Source of the DNA: Nitrospiraceae bacterium
GTDB taxonomy: Bacteria > Nitrospirota > Nitrospiria > Nitrospirales > Nitrospiraceae
NCBI GenBank assembly: GCA_050246315.1
Contig: JBFWWG010000012.1
Span: 32,001 to 96,000, forward strand
Length of the DNA: 64,000 nt
Direction of reading: 5' to 3'
Shown here: positions 60,004 to 64,000 of the stretch, piece by piece
How the letters are laid out: each line of letters begins with the position of its first letter
Numbering within the stretch: the stretch's first letter is position 1
Made by a program: the position numbers and the translations under genes
Notes under the pieces: generated by a model
What the model was told of the DNA's origin: nothing
Database searches by the model: none
What the model saw: the letters and a program-made list of their open reading frames with translations, nothing else

Positions 60004-61164
60004 ATGAAAGAGATTGTGCTGCTCGGATCAACCGGATCGATCGGGACGAATACGCTCGATATTGTGGACCGATTTCCCGACGAGTTTCGTGTCGTCGGCC
60101 TCACGGCCGGCAGCAACGACGAAAAACTGGAAGAACAGATCCGTCGTTTCCGTCCAACCGTCGTCGCCATGGCCGACCCCTCTGCCGCCGTCCGGCTTTG
60201 CGATCGCTGCCGGGACCTGCCGGTGGAGATCCTCACCGGTCCGGAAGGCGTCGCCGAGGTGGCGCGAGTCCCTGGACCGACGTTGGCCATTTCCGCCATC
60301 GTCGGCGCCGCCGGTCTGCTCCCCACGCTTTCGGCGATTCGAACCGGAAAGCACGTCGCGCTGGCGAACAAGGAACCCATGGTGATGGCCGGGCAACTGA
60401 TGCGGGAAGAGGCGGAGATGCATGGGATCCGCATCCTGCCGGTGGACAGCGAACACAGTGCGATCTTTCAATCGCTGGAAGGACATCGCCGCGAAGATGT
60501 GCGAAAGGTCGTGCTCACCGCCTCAGGAGGCCCGCTGTGGGACATGTCTCGGGCGGACATGCAGGACGTGAAGCCGGAACGGGCGCTGCAGCACCCCAAC
60601 TGGAAAATGGGCGCGAAGATCACGATCGACTCGGCCACGCTCATGAACAAGGGCCTCGAAGTGATCGAGGCCCGCTGGCTCTTCGACATTCCGGCCTCGC
60701 AGATCGAGGTACTGGTCCACCGGGAGAGCATCATTCATTCTCTGGTAGAATATACTGACCGGTCGATCATCGCGCAGCTCGGACTCCCGGATATGCGGAC
60801 TCCGATCTCCTACGCGATGAAGTATCCGGAACGGCTTGTCCTGGACCTGCCCTCGCTGGATCTGGCCGACATCGGCAAACTCACGTTTCACCGTCCCGAC
60901 CACGATCGCTTCCCCTGTCTTCGACTCGGGTACGATTCGTTGACGGAGGGAGGGACCATGCCGGCGACCCTGAACGCCGCCAACGAGGTGGCGGTGGAGG
61001 CCTATCTGAACGGCGGTATTCGGTTCGGCGAAATTGCTGAGGTGATCCGCGGCACCATGGAATCTCACACCCGTCGTGGGTTAGAGTGTCTGGAGAACGC
61101 GTTGGATGCGGACCGCTGGGCCAGAGAGAAGGCTCTGTCGCTGGTCACGGCGCTGGCACGATAA
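60004..61164 (+). CDS. dxr: 1-deoxy-D-xylulose-5-phosphate reductoisomerase
   Basis: LGSTGSIG, LANKE, PVDSEH, NKGLEVIEA. Confidence 0.97.
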   Translation: MKEIVLLGSTGSIGTNTLDIVDRFPDEFRVVGLTAGSNDEKLEEQIRRFRPTVVAMADPSAAVRLCDRCRDLPVEILTGPEGVAEVARVPGPTLAISAIVGAAGLLPTLSAIRTGKHVALANKEPMVMAGQLMREEAEMHGIRILPVDSEHSAIFQSLEGHRREDVRKVVLTASGGPLWDMSRADMQDVKPERALQHPNWKMGAKITIDSATLMNKGLEVIEARWLFDIPASQIEVLVHRESIIHSLVEYTDRSIIAQLGLPDMRTPISYAMKYPERLVLDLPSLDLADIGKLTFHRPDHDRFPCLRLGYDSLTEGGTMPATLNAANEVAVEAYLNGGIRFGEIAEVIRGTMESHTRRGLECLENALDADRWAREKALSLVTALAR

Positions 61165-61210
61165 GGATCGCGATGAAAATCGAAGAGCAATACGGACGAG
61201 AGAAATCCTG

Positions 61211-62605
61211 ATGATGCTGCCGGCATTCACATGGTCGCCGGATGCGATGTGGGTCCTCCTGCAGAAGGCTTGGTGGTTTCTCGTTGTCCTGGGCGTGTTG
61301 GTGGCCTTCCACGAATTGGGGCATTTCCTGGCTGCACGATGGGTCGGGGTCAAGGTCCTTAAGTTTTCGCTTGGATTCGGTCCGAAACTGTTCAGCCGCC
61401 AGGCCGGCGAAACCGAGTATCTGTTGTCGGCCATCCCCTTGGGCGGGTACGTGAAACTCTTCGGCGAGGAGGAAAGCGAGGCTCTGACCCAGGACGATCG
61501 CCAACGCTCGTTTGCTCACCAGGACCTCTGGAAACGGATGTTGATCGTGGCGGCCGGCCCCGGATTCAACTTTATCCTCGCCTATTTGATTTTCGCCGGA
61601 TGGCTGTCCACTGGATCGCCCCTCTTCGTACCGACGTTCCAGGATCTGAGCCCCGACGTGGAGGCCGTGTTGCCGGACTCGCCTGCGGGCCAGGCCGGCA
61701 TTCAAGTCGGCGACCGGATCATCCGTGTCAACGACCACGACATCTCAACCCGCAACGAGCTGTTCGACGCGATTGCCAAGAGCAGCGGCAACTCAATGAC
61801 CCTGGATGTCCGGCGCAAGGGACAGGTCAAGACCCTGGTGCTGACACCTGAGCCGGTCCCCGGCCATGAAGCAGGCAGCGAGGAACCGGCGTTCCGGATC
61901 GGCGTCGAGGATCCGGCTCCCGTGGTGACCGGTGTCATGGCCGGCTCCCCTGCGACCGCGGCGGGATTCCAACCGGGCGATCGGATCGTTCGCATTGAAG
62001 AGCAGCCGATATATTCGTGGGTTCAGATGACCGGGATCGTCAAAGACAGTCCCGACAAACCGCTTCAGGTGGGGATCGACCGAGACGGCACGTTGATGAC
62101 GTTGACCGTGACGCCGGCGCCGGAAAAGACCACCATCGGCGGCAAAGAGGTGGTGATCGGCAAGATCGGGGTGTCCGGGCCTGGTCGAGCGCTCATGCGC
62201 GCTTCGAATCCTTTGCAGGCGGTCTTCTATGGCGTCCAAGCCACCTGGGGTTGGACGGAGCTGACGACCGTGGGCATCTATAAGATGATCGTCGGTGAGA
62301 TTTCGAGCAAGAACATCGGCGGCCCGCTGACGATCGCCAACATTTCGGGGGAAGCCGCGACACAGGGGGCGTCCAGCGTCGTCTTCCTGATCGCGATCCT
62401 GAGCATCAATCTTGGCGTATTGAACCTGTTGCCGATCCCGATTTTGGACGGCGGTCATCTCTTTTTTTTCATGCTCGAAGGCATCCTCCGCAAGCCGCTC
62501 GGCGAGCGCCAGCGCGAGATCGCCCAGCAGGTGGGATTGGTCCTCCTGGTCGGCATCATGGTCTTTGCCTTCTGGAACGATCTCGAACGGTTGTTCCTCC
62601 GCTAG
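61211..62605 (+). CDS. rseP: RIP metalloprotease RseP
   Basis: HELGH, two PDZ domains, NLLPIP.LDGG. Confidence 0.95.
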   Translation: MMLPAFTWSPDAMWVLLQKAWWFLVVLGVLVAFHELGHFLAARWVGVKVLKFSLGFGPKLFSRQAGETEYLLSAIPLGGYVKLFGEEESEALTQDDRQRSFAHQDLWKRMLIVAAGPGFNFILAYLIFAGWLSTGSPLFVPTFQDLSPDVEAVLPDSPAGQAGIQVGDRIIRVNDHDISTRNELFDAIAKSSGNSMTLDVRRKGQVKTLVLTPEPVPGHEAGSEEPAFRIGVEDPAPVVTGVMAGSPATAAGFQPGDRIVRIEEQPIYSWVQMTGIVKDSPDKPLQVGIDRDGTLMTLTVTPAPEKTTIGGKEVVIGKIGVSGPGRALMRASNPLQAVFYGVQATWGWTELTTVGIYKMIVGEISSKNIGGPLTIANISGEAATQGASSVVFLIAILSINLGVLNLLPIPILDGGHLFFFMLEGILRKPLGERQREIAQQVGLVLLVGIMVFAFWNDLERLFLR

Positions 62606-62611
62606 ACTCGC

Positions 62612-64000
62612 ATGCGCGTCTCCCGTGCCCTGATCCCCACACTTCGTGAAGATCCCGGAGAAGCCGAAACGGTCAGTCATCGGCTGATGCTGCGGGCCGG
62701 ACTAATTCGCAAGGTCGCCGCCGGCATCTACACCTATTTGCCGCTCGGGCTCCGCATCATCCGGAACATCGAAGCGATCGTCCGCGAGGAGATGAATCGC
62801 GCCGGTGCCCAGGAGATTCTGATGCCGATCGCTTCTCCGGCGGAATTATGGAAGGAGACCGGCCGATGGGATTTCTACGGCAAGGAACTGCTCCGGTTCA
62901 AAGACCGCCACGAACGCGATTTCTGCCTCGGCCCGACGCATGAAGAAGTGGTGACGGATCTCTTCCGTCGCGAGGTCCGCTCGTACCGGCAACTGCCGAT
63001 GAATTTCTACCAAATCCAGACCAAGTTCCGGGATGAGATCCGCCCGCGATTCGGCCTCATGCGGGGGCGCGAGTTTATCATGAAGGACGCCTATTCCTTC
63101 GACCGCGATGAGGCCGGCGCCAAGCTCAGCTACCAGAAGATGTATGACGCCTACGCACGGATCTTCACCCGATGTGGCCTGACCTTCCGCGCGGTCGAGG
63201 CGGACACCGGGCTGATCGGCGGTACGTCCTCCCATGAGTTCATGGTCCTCGCGGACACCGGCGAAGAAACGATCGTCTATACCGAAGGCGGCACTTATGC
63301 GGCCAATGTCGAGCGGGCCGAGCTACAAGCCGAGGCGACCGTGCCTTCTGATCCACTGCAGCCGCTTCAGTCGGTCCCAACGCCGCAAGCCTCTACGGTG
63401 GAACAGGTCACAACGCTGCTCAAGATTTCGCCCAAGCAATTGGTGAAGACGCTGCTGTATTCGGCCGGTCCGGAAACGGTGGCCGTCCTGGTCCGCGGCG
63501 ATCACGAGGTCAATCCGATCAAGCTCGCACGCCTTCTGGGGGTCGTGGAAGTCACGATGGCGCCACCGGAGACCGTCACAGCCGTCACCGGCGCGCCGGT
63601 CGGCTTTGCCGGCCCGATCGAACTCCGCGATGTTCGTCTCTTCGCCGACCATGCGGTCAAGCAGGTCCGGAACATGGTGGTCGGCGCCAACAAGGCCGAG
63701 ACCCATTACCTCAATGCGAATTGGGATCGTGATTTCACGGTCACCCAGTTCGCCGATTTGCGCAATGCCCAAGCCGGCGACCCCTCCCCGCGCGGCGACG
63801 GTCCGCTACGGGTCGTCAAGGGCATCGAGGTGGGGCATGTCTTTATGCTGGGCACCAAGTATAGCCAGGCCATGAATGCGAAATACCTCGACGCACAGGG
63901 GCAGGAGCAACTCGCCGTCATGGGCTGTTACGGTATTGGGATCGGACGGACGGCCGCTTCCGCCGTCGAACAGAACCATGACGCCAAGGGCATTATCTGG
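62612..64000 (+). CDS. proS: Prolyl-tRNA synthetase (partial, runs off the window)
   Basis: [61 protein letters not shown]; not in the ORF track because it has no stop in the window. Confidence 0.96.
   Translation, partial: MRVSRALIPTLREDPGEAETVSHRLMLRAGLIRKVAAGIYTYLPLGLRIIRNIEAIVREEMNRAGAQEILMPIASPAELWKETGRWDFYGKELLRFKDRHERDFCLGPTHEEVVTDLFRREVRSYRQLPMNFYQIQTKFRDEIRPRFGLMRGREFIMKDAYSFDRDEAGAKLSYQKMYDAYARIFTRCGLTFRAVEADTGLIGGTSSHEFMVLADTGEETIVYTEGGTYAANVERAELQAEATVPSDPLQPLQSVPTPQASTVEQVTTLLKISPKQLVKTLLYSAGPETVAVLVRGDHEVNPIKLARLLGVVEVTMAPPETVTAVTGAPVGFAGPIELRDVRLFADHAVKQVRNMVVGANKAETHYLNANWDRDFTVTQFADLRNAQAGDPSPRGDGPLRVVKGIEVGHVFMLGTKYSQAMNAKYLDAQGQEQLAVMGCYGIGIGRTAASAVEQNHDAKGIIW

Overview
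This is a GC-rich bacterial chromosome segment. It looks Nitrospira-like, which is inferred from gene style and the interspersed CTAG-bounded and REP-like repeats and was not checked against a database. The left flank is housekeeping: kinase/PP2C/FHA, nrdJ, a btuF-like gene, hpnD-hpnE and an aminotransferase. The right flank is also housekeeping: UDG, pmbA-tldD and uppS-cdsA-dxr-rseP-proS. Between them lies an accessory region of about 37 kb (about 15-52 kb) with two parts. (1) A type I-G CRISPR-Cas locus with 23 repeats, cas2, a cas4-cas1 fusion, a short Cas8g-like gene, cas3, csb2, csb1 and a WYL regulator, surrounded by intact and decayed toxin-antitoxin genes. Its effector module appears to have been swapped in place, because a 5' stub of an older cas3 and a 3' stub of an older csb2 bracket the current module. 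(2) A type I secretion system (hlyB-hlyD) with a 3159-aa RTX protein that carries an N-terminal lipase-like domain. Upstream are three tandem cassettes of the form [about 570-650 bp shared leader]-[immunity/partner-like gene]-[RTX 5' end], two of which are orphan stubs. Near-identical homology blocks bracket a variable segment made of the partner C-terminus and the toxin N-terminus. This suggests a 'reversed' (N-terminally variable) polymorphic toxin system, the most novel-looking feature of the window.
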